DNA of 62,279 nt, the filler included, from Stramenopiles sp. TOSAG23-3 (lineage: Eukaryota), in NCBI GenBank assembly GCA_900128585.1. It is 22 parts of 22 records of this genome, joined end to end, with 100 filler letters (N's around TTAATTAATTAA, not from the genome) between each part and the next. Parts side by side here need not be neighbours in the genome. Positions count along the whole stretch, not along the records: positions 8,545 to 11,290 come from LT644611.1; positions 11,391 to 14,135 come from LT644612.1; positions 14,236 to 16,980 come from LT644613.1; positions 17,081 to 19,822 come from LT644614.1; positions 19,923 to 22,663 come from LT644615.1; 17 more parts are not named here. One strand, written 5' to 3'. A program made the translations under genes and the position numbers. Numbering within the stretch: the first letter of the stretch is position 1; every line of letters starts with the position of its first letter. Below are positions 8,881-20,606 of the stretch, piece after piece. The notes below the pieces were generated by a model. It was given only the letters and a program-made list of their open reading frames with translations. It did not search any database and was not told the DNA's origin.

Positions 8881-11290
8881 GAAAAGTCCCCGCCAAACGA
8901 CAATTGACCGAGGAAGAAAAAGTAGCGGAACAGCAGCGGAGAAAAAAGGCCAAGGAGAGGCAAAAAGCGGCACGAAAACGGGTTGAGGACGATCGCAGGA
9001 AACTTGAAAAAGAGAAAGAGGAGGCGGCGGTAAAATTGCAGGCATTGATGAGGGGACGGCAGGCACGGAAAGACGCCGACGTCATAAAGAAGAAACGCTC
9101 CATTGCAGAGAAAAAGAAACGGAAGAAGGAAAAGCTAGAGAAGAAGGAACGAAAACGCGTAGAAACAGAGAGGCGCATTCGCCGGGAGCGTTTGAAGGCC
9201 GAACAGGACGAGATTCGCAAAAAGGCGGTGAAGGTAGGCAGCCAGGACGGAAAAAAAAAGATCGGCGTCAAACCAACGCGCAGAAAGTTACGGGAGCTGT
9301 TTAACAAAATAGACGAGAATGGAAATGGGACGCTGGAAAAGGCAGAAGTGATGAATTCCGTGATGCTTGGGAACGACCTCGGGTCCTACATCAGCCCCAA
9401 AATGTTCGTAAAGGAGTTCCAAAGCCTTTTAAAACGGCCTGGCGTGAGAAAACGCGGAGGGAAAATTAATTTTGAGGAATTTTGTAACATATTCGACGTG
9501 GAGGTTCCCCCTGATGAGTTTGTCGACGACATAAAGCCTAAACTGCTGTTGAACGAAAGCGAGGCAAGGAACGTCAGCGATCGCCTGTACAAAGAGAACA
9601 TGCGCCGGGAAGCCCGGATCGAGAAACTCAGGCAGAAGGACGAGGACTTCTACAGCGAGTTGTCCAAGCAGCACAAACCAATGGAATGGCGCGAGCGTAA
9701 AAAAGTAACCGAACGTTTGTACTCTGAAGCAAGTCGGCGGGAAAAAAAGTTAGCCGCGAGAAGGAAAAAAGAACTCGACAGCTACTCTTTCAAGCCTACG
9801 ATCCATTCAGACCGGCAAGAAGCGGTCCGCCCACCGCTGCTCGACCGGATGGCGAATGCCGAGAAAACACGAAAGAAAAAATTGGCCAAGGAAATGGAGG
9901 ATAAGAAAAAAAGAGAAGACAAGGAAATAGAACAGATTATGAGACCAAAAGTTAAAATGTCCAAAGGCAGCCGCAAGTGGCTCATGGACCGCGAGAAACG
10001 AAACACGGGCAAAGCTCCAGGCTCAAAAAACAGGGCATCCCCAAAAGCAGGGCAAACGGGGCGCACCAACCCAACAATGCGCCTGAGTGTACCGCCCCCT
10101 CCAAAGAACAACAAAACGGAGGAGTTGCGGGAAATTTTTGAGTCTTTGGACAAGGACAAAAGTGGCGCCCTGGAGTCGCACGAGATTAGAGGGGTGGTCA
10201 TGCTTCGGAGCGATTTGGGCCAGCACATCTCGCCAAAATTATTTTTGAGAAACTTTGACACCATCTTGAACCTTAAGCGTGACAATGGCATGGCGCCGGG
10301 AATTACCTTTGAGGAATTCGTGTACTTGGTAAACCAAAGCGCGCCTGTGCGCTCCCTTCGCAACGCATCCCCGCGAAATTCGGGGGGGGGGCACAAGCCC
10401 GGTGGCGGCGAAAATCGCGGTACAGCGCTACTCGGACGAAATGGTCCACCAGCTGCTTACCGCTTCCCTGGACGAAAACCCGACAGCGTTGACCAACTTC
10501 AGGCCGGACGAGAAAAAATTGAACCAGGTCGTCATGCGCAGTCCGACAAACGTGCCCCACGCGTCATCGAAACCAGCCCCCGTGCCTCGCATTACGATCA
10601 TCGCTGAGCCGGTAGTTGTGGGCGTCATGCAAGAATCACAGGCAGAACAGGCAGAACCGGCCGAAAACCAGCCGTACGACCCGAACACAACGTACAAAGC
10701 TCGGTCGGACCGCCTGCGAAGGCAGAATATAAAACGGCGAAAACGCCTGCAAGAGAATAGCAAAAAGGCCGCACATTTTGGGCGATCGAAAAGTCGATCC
10801 CCTGTTCGATCCAAGATCGCGAAACGCCAGGTGAAGAAACGGGCAACCAGGAGAAAGGCGGGCGCTAAGCGTGGGCGCCCCCGTGGCGATTCCGACATAT
10901 TTTCCGAGCAAAGCCCGTTCAGCGATTTCTTAGGCAAGACCAGCGATGCAGATGACGACGCGGGCGGTGTTTCCCCCCGGGCGACTGGCGACACGATCAG
11001 CGATGATCTGGCCAACTTTCTCAGCAATCCCTTCGCACCGTCGTCCCCTGTAGAAAACGCGATATTTGACGGCAGCGGCGGGCTTGGTGGTTACGGGAGC
11101 ATGAACAGTGACGGAAGTGCGGGGGACGAAGATTTTGGCCTGCCTTCGGGGCTGATCGATTTGGTATGGACGGGTTCCGACATGCAGAACAACACCGGAA
11201 TCGGAGTGGCGGGCGCAATGAAAAATGCCAACATTGCGTCGAACGACAACGCGCACAACGAAAAGGTTTTGAGGCGAATGCTGCAAGGCC
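8547..11290 (+). CDS. IQ-repeat and EF-hand protein, partial at both ends, apparent frameshift at G10 (10382-10391)
   Basis: 23-aa repeats EREQAAAKIQAVQRGNKERKELK; EF-hand loops DENGNGTLEKAE and DKDKSGALESHE; ORFs 8718-10607 and 10402-11290 switch frame at the G-run. Confidence 0.8.
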
Positions 11291-11390
11291 NNNNNNNNNN
11301 NNNNNNNNNNNNNNNNNNNNNNNNNNNNNNNNNNTTAATTAATTAANNNNNNNNNNNNNNNNNNNNNNNNNNNNNNNNNNNNNNNNNNNN

Positions 11391-11490
11391 CTTCTTTCTT
11401 CTTCTTTCTTCTTCTTTCTTCTTCTTTCTTCTTCTTTCTTCTTTTATCTTCTTCTTTCTCTTCTTCTTCTTTCTTCTTTCTTCTTCTTCT
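11391..11490 (+). repeat. CTT/CTTT pyrimidine microsatellite
   Basis: Repeated CTTCTTTCTT. Confidence 0.9.
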
Positions 11491-11750
11491 CCTCGGGAGG
11501 TTTTTTATTTATTTGATATAGAGAGAGACTATATTTTTATTAAAATTAAGTATTTGTTTCATAGGGTTTATAATATTAATATATGTTGTATATTTTGTAT
11601 TCTATGAAGATACTATCCTTCCTTCCTCTTCTCCTTTGGAACCTTCTTTCCATTTTTCTTCTTCTCTTAAATTAATAACTCCACCGGAAAGGGGGGGATG
11701 TGCTAATAGACACATCATATTTGCTCGTTGCGCTCCTTGTTCCAGCGGCA

Positions 11751-14135
11751 CTACATGACGGAGAAAATGCTTTCTGCTTTGCCAGGTGCATCGTCCGCGT
11801 TTCTTGCACCGTCGACACCGTTCTCTTTGCTCTCCGACCCATCGCCATCCACGGTGGAAAATATGCTTTCGGCGGGGGGATTCCCGGGCGCAGCGGCGGA
11901 GCTCTCGTCTTTGCTCTCCGACACATTCGCCCTGGCGCCCCCCTTGAGCGCGGTTAACATTTGTTTAATGTCGGTTAACAGTTGGTTGTTCATTGCCACG
12001 TTGGCCTCGAGGGTGTCAAGGGACGACCGAAGCCCAGCAGTACCCATTTCTACTACCGACGGGCTGTCCACCAACGGTTGCACCGGTCGGGACCCCGAAC
12101 CTTTCTTTGGCACCTCCAGGGGGTCCGCTCCCAGCGATTCTAGTTTCGTGTTCATTCGTTGCCGCTCTCGCATTTCGTTCAGCAAACTTCGACTCGACGG
12201 GCTTTTCATCTTTAACATCTGGCTCTTCCGCCGGCTCACGCGAATGTTGTGTATCTTGCTCTTCTGGCGTTGGATGAACTCGTTTATGCAGCACCGTCGC
12301 ACAATTTTCCCAACGAGAGGGAGCTGGAACAGCATCTTCCTCAAGTAGCGGTAAATCTCAGGCCCCAGTGGGGTGTCTGGCGTCGCTTTCAAGCGCGCTT
12401 CTGCCTCCGTGTAGGCGTCGCTGATAATGGCAATTATCATGTTTAGCACTACAAAAACTTGGATGCCGACGTAAAGGAAGAAAAAGAGGGGACCGCTGGC
12501 CCAGTCCGCCTCCCGCAACTCGTCGAGGTTGGCATCTCCAAGCAGCGCTAACGCCAGGGTGTACATGCTGTTCGTCAGGGTCCTGTAGCTGTACACTTTG
12601 GTCCCAAACGTGATCATGAACATTGTGCTGAACCCGGACAGGGTGATGGCTTCGACCATCATGAAGCCAAAGACCGCCCGAGTCGACAGAGTGAGGGTCA
12701 AGGTGACGATGGCAAAGGTGTGCGACAGCGACAAGTAGAACACGAGCTTCAGGAAACACAGGCAGCTGTTCATCGACATTACTCTATTCGCCGACTGCAT
12801 TAATTCCGAGTACGAGCGCAGCATTATATACCCGTCCCCGTCCCCGTTTTCCGGGACGGCCGGGGGGAGCTGGAACGCCGCCACGATCCGAACGCCCCAG
12901 ACAAAATAGTACAGGACAATGTTCGTTCTGTTTTGTTGATTGTGGAATTTGTATGTTGTTAGAGAGTTTGTTCATTTCTTTCGTATTCTGTCGTGTACTT
13001 ACATGTGAATCCAGCGGCCGCTCTCTGGGTATTTGAAGTAGTTTCCCACCCCGATCTTACTAATGATACGGCTCTCTATGACGACAAAGTAAAAGTAGTA
13101 GAGAAATACCGCCGTCTGCCCTATTGTGGTGTACATGCTGTACCCGGCCATGAAGGGGAGCGGGACGGTGCTCGCCATGGTGCTGTCGAACGCCGGCACG
13201 GCCCCCCCACTCTGGGTGATCACAAACATCATCCTGCACTGGACGATGACGCCGAGCATCGCGTTGTAAATGTTTACGTCAAAGAAGACTGCTTTCGTGT
13301 GCAGGTCGACGTACCGTCCCTCGATCATCTGCTTCAGCAGGGCCTTTGCCTTTGTCCCGTTCCGATTGGGCAGGACGATGCTGTAGGCCGGGGTAGGAAA
13401 GGACCGGTCGGGCAGCTGGGTCGGGGTGCTCTGGCTGGAGTAGAACGTTGCCCTCTCCTTGGCAGTGTCGGTGCCGTTCCAGCCAGACCAGAGAAACGGT
13501 CGCCGCGGATCCCCGAAGGGCTCGGTCAGCTCTATCTTCCCAACCGAGTACTTGCCGTAGCACTTCTGCTCAACGCGCGAGCCCATGAACGGGCGGTACC
13601 CCCATTTGCATGGCATTGCCCGAACCCGAAACTGCCCGATACGGACGCCGCCCACGACCTTCCCGTAGCCGAGGATAAACCCCGACGTGTCAACGCCGCC
13701 TTCCCCGTCGAAGGTCCCCCCGCCGTAGACGGTCTGGAAGAACGTGCTCTGGGCCCACTGGTACATTTCCTCCACGGTCGCGACGTCCTTCATCGATTTG
13801 CCCCACGTCGGGCTGAAGCGTTCCCCGAACTCCACGTCTACAAACTGGCCCTTTATCCCGTCCACAAAGTAGAACCGGTCTTCGTCTTGGTACGGTATGA
13901 TGGCGGCGATAGTGTACACAACGAGGAAAATCACGTACACTACAATGTCGTGAATTTTCTTCTTGAGCATTCGCTGCCGAACGCGCATCCGTCTGAGCTT
14001 TTCCCGGACTCTCCAACTGTACTGGATGACGCTTGCGGCCCGGTTTTGTACGTCCATCGCGTTCCCCCTGGCCCGGAACGCGGAGCTCAAGATGGCCGTG
14101 TGGAATCGTTCCGTCCCCCCCCCCCCCCCCCCCCC
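11751..14135 (-). CDS. PKD2: Polycystin-2/TRPP cation channel, 5' partial, two exons (14135-13003 and 12927-11751)
   Basis: TOP-domain motifs VGGVRIGQFRV and YVDLHTKAVFFDVNIYN; S5-S6 GPLFFFLY...VLNMIIAIISDAY; splicing out 12928-13002 joins WIH-I-TNIVLYYFVWGVRIV in frame. Confidence 0.88.
12928..13002 (-). other. 75-nt spliceosomal GT-AG intron
   Basis: 5' GTAAGT, branch CTCTAAC, 3' CAG; removal restores the reading frame. Confidence 0.9.
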
Positions 14136-14584
14136 NNNNNNNNNNNNNNNNNNNNNNNNNNNNNNNNNNNNNNNNNNNNTTAATTAATTAANNNNNNNNN
14201 NNNNNNNNNNNNNNNNNNNNNNNNNNNNNNNNNNNACTTGTAGTTAGGTAGAATTGAATAAAATAAAAAACCGTTTCGTTCAACCAATCTTCTCTCTCCT
14301 CAGAAGAGGTCAGAGGCTCATCCCAGAAAAAGCAGGAGAAATAATAATAATAATAATCATAATTAATTTAATAATCAACGTCGTTTTGATACTTCGAACT
14401 TTCTTCACTTCTACACGATACTTTGTCTGAGGACTGTTTGAGTGAAAAGAATATTATTATGAGAAAGAAACGGGTTAAAAACATGATTCTTAAAATCTTC
14501 AATAATAAGCACTTCAATTAAAAGAAATATATTGATATTTAAACCCGTAACATCAAATAGAAACCGTATAGTAAAGTTGGAACC

Positions 14585-14794
14585 ATGTCAGCAAACGTTG
14601 GTCGAATATTTATGGCGGAACAAATCAAAGTTCCCAATGACCTGCCAGAAATTCTTAAAGAATACACCAAAGCAGTAATCCGCGAAGGGTGTGAAACGCA
14701 GGAGCAAGTACTTCAGTTCTCGGCAGCATACTTCCAAGCGAAAGCTGCAGAGTCAGGAGCCCAAGCTGTGAAAGAAGAAGAGCCGGCTGCCTAA
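14585..14794 (+). CDS. Small RIIa dimerization/docking-domain protein (ropporin/RSP11-like)
   Basis: EQIKVPNDLPEILKEYTKAVIRE...VLQFSAAYF. Confidence 0.85.
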   Translation: MSANVGRIFMAEQIKVPNDLPEILKEYTKAVIREGCETQEQVLQFSAAYFQAKAAESGAQAVKEEEPAA

Positions 14795-15555
14795 GGAAAG
14801 AGCGAGTCTTCTAAGTTCTTGGCCCGCCCGGAGAACTGCCCGTCCAATGGCAACAGGAAATGGGGTTGGTGTTCTTTACGGAGGAAAGAAAGGTTTAGTC
14901 GGCTCCCTTGCTTGGAGGGACCACAGACGTTACCGTTCAATCTGTGTCGAATGTACCGTTGTAGAAACAGTTTCACCAATTAGCATTAAATTTTACCTAT
15001 AAATTTTCTGTTCTCATCACACATAATCTTTGTATTATTATTTTGTTCGCGTGGTTTAAAAAAAAAAAAAAAAACAGTCATCGTTAATTCGATGCTGTTG
15101 TTATGTTAAACACTTATCGTTAAGGTTGTCTGAATCATAATATAAGAAATTAATTATTATTATTACGAAAAGATAATAATTATATCAATAATGCACAAAC
15201 TAACAAAATCAATGCTACAATAGAAAACAAAATAGTATTCTTTTTATTATAATAGTCGTCTATCCTTATAATAGGATGATGGTGGTGATGATGATTATTA
15301 TTTGGTTTGGTGTTGTTGTTGTTGTCTTCTCTCTTCTTTTATTATTATATTATTTTCAATTTTCAATTTTCAAAAAAAACTATTTATATTATCAAAATAC
15401 TTCACGATCAAATAACTCACTCATAAAAATAGTCATCATTTTATTCTTCCAATTGTACATATTAAGAAACGGTGATAACAATTATTAACTTTGATATATA
15501 TGTATACAACCAGGCGTTCGCGTCCAAGTTTTATATTCAGACGTAGTCGACAAAT

Positions 15556-16521
15556 ATGGCAAGCATTGCTGCGAGCGGAACCAGCTCCGTCGCCGACGCG
15601 GTTGCGGGCCTGGCCCTAGCGTCCCGCGAGTGGAAACGTTTGACTGGAAACACGTACCTTCACATCCATGTTGCCAAACTTCAGTCTCCTGGTGCAGTTA
15701 AGACCAGCTTTCAAGATTACTTGCACATGATGCCAGCCGCTGTGCTTCGTAATGTGAATCTTTTTCTGGTCGGCCCTGGGGGCTTTAGGGCTGCGCATGA
15801 GGAGTGGACTCACCACGAAACCGTAAGCGGGTCGGCAACTTTGGGCCCACGGAACTTGACCTCAATAAAGGTCAAAAACTTTTTGACATTGGTGGGGGAT
15901 TTTCATAACTTCAATCGTGAATGGTCGCAACCATCGGTTTATTCTTTGTGGTCGTGCAAATCGTCCATCGGTTTGTGCGCACTTCGGATTGACAAGTATG
16001 CCTGGATCCTTGAACAGCTTGCAAACTTTTTGCAAACTTTGAGAAACCTGGACTTGAAATGGAAAAAGCTGGACGACAGTCAAGCATGTGCAATGGGGGA
16101 CGTCTTGAAGCTCAATACGACCATTTTGGGATTGGATTTGGGGAGAAATGAGATCAGGCAAAGAGGGGGGATTGGGCTCGCAATTGGCTTGCAGGGTAAC
16201 TGTACACTTAGGACTTTAAAAATTAGCGACAACAGCATTGATGACCAAGGCGCTGAAAAATTTGCTGAGGCCTTGACCGTGAACACCTCGTTAACCTCTT
16301 TGGATCTGTCTGGGAATCGTATCACAGAGGCCGGTGGGCTGTCCCTCTTGCGCGCACTGCAACACAATAATACGATAGCCATGCTTTCCATCGGGGGAAA
16401 CCGAATGGAGTACGAATATTCAAATGAGAAGGGAAAACAATTGCCTATGACCGTACATGCAACACTTCAACAGGAGTTCGACGGCTACAATGTCCGTGAG
16501 GACCCGAGAGTGGAATTATAA
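15556..16521 (+). CDS. RNI-like (NLRC3-type) leucine-rich repeat protein
   Basis: 28-aa repeats such as NTSLTSLDLSGNRITEAGG and NSIDDQGAEKFAEALTVN. Confidence 0.85.
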   Translation: MASIAASGTSSVADAVAGLALASREWKRLTGNTYLHIHVAKLQSPGAVKTSFQDYLHMMPAAVLRNVNLFLVGPGGFRAAHEEWTHHETVSGSATLGPRNLTSIKVKNFLTLVGDFHNFNREWSQPSVYSLWSCKSSIGLCALRIDKYAWILEQLANFLQTLRNLDLKWKKLDDSQACAMGDVLKLNTTILGLDLGRNEIRQRGGIGLAIGLQGNCTLRTLKISDNSIDDQGAEKFAEALTVNTSLTSLDLSGNRITEAGGLSLLRALQHNNTIAMLSIGGNRMEYEYSNEKGKQLPMTVHATLQQEFDGYNVREDPRVEL

Positions 16522-16703
16522 GAATTAGTTTGAGGGCGTTGAGCAACAGGAGGGGCTGGGCCAAGAGTATTTGTAAAAGAATATTTTAGAGAGTGTTTAA
16601 GAGTTGAAGAATTTTTGTTCAATAATATTTAATGGATTTGCTTCCTGCGCAAATTAAAGTGCGTGTTGTTTTATTTACAGTTCGGGTTATTCTCTCCCCT
16701 GTT

Positions 16704-16979
16704 TCACATGTGGGGTGCAGTTATTAGATTGTAAATCGCCCGTTTAATAATTAGCATAGTCGAGCGGTACTCCCCGACCTGCTCGGAGACTGGGGCAAAT
16801 CGGCAATGTTTACCATCTTCCCCGCACCACCACTTGTTGTCTTTAAACCACGGGTCATTAATGCCATTCTTTTGAACTGTTGGATCGTCCGAGTAGTCAC
16901 TCAACAAAACAAATCGCTCGTGGCAAGTGTCCGAACTCGATAGGTTTAGTAAGCGCTGTGCGCCATTCCATATTTTCCG
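16704..16979 (-). CDS. C-terminal fragment of an unknown protein (possible SGNH-like DxxH end)
   Basis: Frame open to contig edge; DGKHC followed by a terminal helix. Confidence 0.45.
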   Translation of the reverse strand, partial: RKIWNGAQRLLNLSSSDTCHERFVLLSDYSDDPTVQKNGINDPWFKDNKWWCGEDGKHCRFAPVSEQVGEYRSTMLIIKRAIYNLITAPHM

Positions 16980-17082
16980 ANNNNNNNNNNNNNNNNNNNN
17001 NNNNNNNNNNNNNNNNNNNNNNNNTTAATTAATTAANNNNNNNNNNNNNNNNNNNNNNNNNNNNNNNNNNNNNNNNNNNNCG

Positions 17083-18198
17083 GCGGGTACACACGGCGTA
17101 AGGAAACCCCGACACAAAAGGTCCCGCGTGAAAAAAACGACGAGGCCCATCTCTCCCAAACTAGGAAGAAGAAATGCCCTGAATGATGCCCAGCAAAACC
17201 TTAGTATGCTGCCCATTAGCCCTGTCCGAAAGGCCACCAAGGAAGGGCTTGCACGATTGACGAACCCCCGCTACAAACCAAATAAGTACAAGGAAGAGAT
17301 GACCGAACGCCTGAAAAAGTCCAAAAACGTGAGAAAAATCGACGTGGGCGAGTTGAATAAGCGCTTGGAGAAGTTTGCAGTCCCAAAGCGTGTAGAGAGA
17401 ACGTTTCAACAAATCCAGGATGCGTTGCCGACAGGTGAGCGTCGTAGGCACGCCTTTGGGATCAGTGGTGATCGTTTTGTCCACGATTCCAAATATTCTA
17501 ATTCCAGTGCTAAATCGCCGGGTCCAGGAGAATACAAACTAAATACCAGTACCCTGAGCAGTGTCGGTGCCCGAATGGGGAATTATGTTCCCATAAATCC
17601 AATCGACCTGGTTATGCAAAAAGCATCGGAGACCCCCGGGCCCGCAGATTACTGCCCGAGGAAACAAGACCTCCAAGGGGGAGCGTTCTCTACGAGCTTC
17701 CCCCCCAGGGAATTAGAAATGATCGAGAGAGTACATTCTCGCCTTCCTGGACCCACGCATTACTCTCTTCCTTCTTTCTGTTCCAGCGTTCCGGGTGGAA
17801 AATTTAATCTGAGCAAACCAAAAACGGCACTGGAGGAATACCTTCATAATAAGAAATACGTCCCTGGCCCAGGAAGTTACAATCATGCCGACATGCAGAG
17901 GGATTCTGGCGCTACGCTGTTTTCAAAGGTAGACAGAGATAACAGTCCTAATTTGCTGGCATTAAAAAAAGAAGGAGAAACTCCTGGTCCGGGACATTAC
18001 AATGCTCAGCGTGGTGAGGATTACGTCCGTTCCGTCCGAGTCACAACATTTCCTGCGTCTTCTCCCCCTAGTTCCCTTGAGAACCTTATAAGTAGAACCA
18101 GTCGACTTCCAGGGCCGAATAGTTACGATAGCCTTGCCCCTATTAAAAGTGGCAAAGTAAGCAACGGTTTATCGTCATGGAAAGCCCCAGTATTTTAA
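17083..18198 (+). CDS. ODF3/STPG (SHIPPO, PGPGxY-repeat) flagellar protein, 5' partial
   Basis: SPGPGEY, TPGPADY, LPGPTHY, VPGPGSY, TPGPGHY, LPGPNSY. Confidence 0.88.
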   Translation, partial: AGTHGVRKPRHKRSRVKKTTRPISPKLGRRNALNDAQQNLSMLPISPVRKATKEGLARLTNPRYKPNKYKEEMTERLKKSKNVRKIDVGELNKRLEKFAVPKRVERTFQQIQDALPTGERRRHAFGISGDRFVHDSKYSNSSAKSPGPGEYKLNTSTLSSVGARMGNYVPINPIDLVMQKASETPGPADYCPRKQDLQGGAFSTSFPPRELEMIERVHSRLPGPTHYSLPSFCSSVPGGKFNLSKPKTALEEYLHNKKYVPGPGSYNHADMQRDSGATLFSKVDRDNSPNLLALKKEGETPGPGHYNAQRGEDYVRSVRVTTFPASSPPSSLENLISRTSRLPGPNSYDSLAPIKSGKVSNGLSSWKAPVF

Positions 18199-18490
18199 AT
18201 TTTAAGGAGTGTAACATAAAGACAAAATAATGGCAGCTGTTATTTAAGCAAATTATCTTATATGGCAGCTGTTATATTTAATAAAGAAGAGGACAAAATT
18301 TAAAAAACGGTTTTATTAATTTCAAAGAGAAGAGTGTAAACTTTAATTTGTTAAAATACAAAAAAGTAAGTTGCCTATATGATACAAATTGGATTTGAAG
18401 TTAGTATTTGATTTAAAATGAGAGTCTTAAAACATACTATATATTTTGGTTTTGATATACAAATTTTATCAAAGCTCTTTGTTTTTTAAC

Positions 18491-19720
18491 TTAATTCATG
18501 AATTTTACGAGAAAGGCATTTTGGTTAACGGTTGTGATTACCTGACGCAAAGAAACGGATGTTCCGTGCATCAATACCAAATCGCATTTTGTGTTTGGAT
18601 AATTAGTAGACCAATTTCTAACATTTTCAACACGAAACAAACGCAATTGAGTTCGGTCTGTTAGTCTAGAGTGAACGAATTCGTACGCCTCACCTGCGAT
18701 CTCCCGATCTTCATCCGTAAACGTAAATATATTGTACGTCAATTCGGAGGAAAAAGAGTGCTTGTTTTGAAGCCAAAATAATGAAATGGGGATGGATTTG
18801 CTGATTCCAAACTCGCATATTTCCTTCAGGGGATAAGATCTTCTAATTTGTGTGTATCTGCCGAAAAGGGCCCCAAGCTGACTACTCTCTAATAATATTC
18901 TGCCTCTTTTCTTCTGCAAACGATTCCAGTCCCTTAGGGCGTGTTTTTCCGTTCGGCAATTGCAACACAAATTGTGGCGCACAATATTTTCTATGGCATT
19001 TCCATGGCGAACCAGAAGCGGTGAAACCCCCAAGTGCTGTACTAGCTTCTCTTCAAAGTACAACGTTTCAGACGCCACTACGAGGGGGTTGAAAATGTGA
19101 ATTCGCAACGAACGAGGCGCGCCATCTCCTTGGCGTGTCTCTAACGTCAACAGAGAGCATGAAATGGATTGTTTAGGGTTCAAGAAAGGACTTGGCTGTG
19201 TCGAAAATTCGCACTCTGTAATTTTTTGGTAAGAACCACTTGAAAAGAGGTTGGAGATCCACTTTTTCGTTGGCGTTGGCAGGTTTCCAACGTAAAACGC
19301 GTTCCAGGAAAGTGGAACCCGATTCTTTGGACCGTTGGCTTTATTTTGATGCCGATGTTGTGCAGCGGAAGGAATAGCTTTGGATGCCAGTATTTTTCCA
19401 CCTTGTGTACCCTTGCGCACATGCCCTAAAGGATCCCCTATCACCCACATACTGTTGACAATAATTTGGCTACTCCTATCGGGCGACTTCGAGAAATTCT
19501 CCATCCACGTTCTTAGCTCTGTGCGCGGGTTGATAGAGTGCACCTTTGAATCGATCCACAAAATGCTATGGCCGTTTTCTATGGCTTTCGCCACCAAAGT
19601 CCCCCTTCTATCCGCGCACCTACTCCGTCGCACAATTACATAGTTTATGCCGCCTCCCTGCAATTTACACGTTTCGTCCATCATTAGTCCGTAATGCTTT
19701 GCCCTGTCATCATCGCACAC
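18491..19720 (-). CDS. Hypothetical protein, possibly degenerate glycosyltransferase plus methyltransferase-like domains; start unresolved
   Basis: 409-aa ORF; GHSILWIDS resembles a DxD region, ICEFG and CDLVLMHG resemble MTase strands; weak. Confidence 0.45.
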   Translation of the reverse strand: MCDDDRAKHYGLMMDETCKLQGGGINYVIVRRSRCADRRGTLVAKAIENGHSILWIDSKVHSINPRTELRTWMENFSKSPDRSSQIIVNSMWVIGDPLGHVRKGTQGGKILASKAIPSAAQHRHQNKANGPKNRVPLSWNAFYVGNLPTPTKKWISNLFSSGSYQKITECEFSTQPSPFLNPKQSISCSLLTLETRQGDGAPRSLRIHIFNPLVVASETLYFEEKLVQHLGVSPLLVRHGNAIENIVRHNLCCNCRTEKHALRDWNRLQKKRGRILLESSQLGALFGRYTQIRRSYPLKEICEFGISKSIPISLFWLQNKHSFSSELTYNIFTFTDEDREIAGEAYEFVHSRLTDRTQLRLFRVENVRNWSTNYPNTKCDLVLMHGTSVSLRQVITTVNQNAFLVKFMN

Positions 19721-19922
19721 GAAAATTAACTTGGTCGTACGCTGTTTAACTTACGGTCTACTTGTTTCTTTACGGTGGCTTCGGATAGCTTTCCAGAATC
19801 TGGTGCTATGACACTTTTCATTNNNNNNNNNNNNNNNNNNNNNNNNNNNNNNNNNNNNNNNNNNNNTTAATTAATTAANNNNNNNNNNNNNNNNNNNNNN
19901 NNNNNNNNNNNNNNNNNNNNNN

Positions 19923-20063
19923 ATGGCAGAATATGAAAAGATATTTGAAGAGCAATTTATAGCCAGTCTTGAACGCCCATACAATGAAGATGGAATTGTG
20001 GTAAACAGTCGCCCACAAATGGGGCCCATTGCATCAATCAAAATCCCGTTGTCCTTGGTGTAG
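19923..20063 (+). CDS. C-terminal fragment of an unknown protein
   Basis: Open frame from contig edge to TAG at 20061-20063. Confidence 0.4.
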   Translation: MAEYEKIFEEQFIASLERPYNEDGIVVNSRPQMGPIASIKIPLSLV

Positions 20064-20606
20064 AAAATGAGTTTAAAGTACTTCGTTCGAACTTTCCTCT
20101 TTAAAAGAACTAACGTACGAGTATGATATTATCACTCTATCTACCAGTCCTAAGAAAACCAAGAGCCCAGGATGATTGCTCGTTGCCCTATATAAAAAAA
20201 AACTAATGATATAGTATGTTTTAAGACTGTCTCAAGATTAGCCCTATATAAAAATCTGCTTCTGCGGCTTGACGCTTTGCTCGATATCTTTCCCCCATAT
20301 CGTTATGCCCTGACGGTGCCACGATTTTCGGCTTTCTCTCGTTATTTTCAAACTCATGTTTGAATAAATATGTGTGTATGAACACGCAGTTAATCTTGAC
20401 CACGGCTCTTTTTCGCAGAATCTCTCTATTTTCTTTTTGTGGTTCTGGCAGGGGCGGGCTTTGTGTAATGATGATGCTGTGGTGGTGTATGTACTAATAG
20501 TCTTTAAAATATTTATCATAGAGGTACTAACTACACTACTTCAAACTAGCAATTGAAGAATATAATAGAAGAAAAAGCTGAAAATGTGAAAATAATATTT
20601 CGTCTA

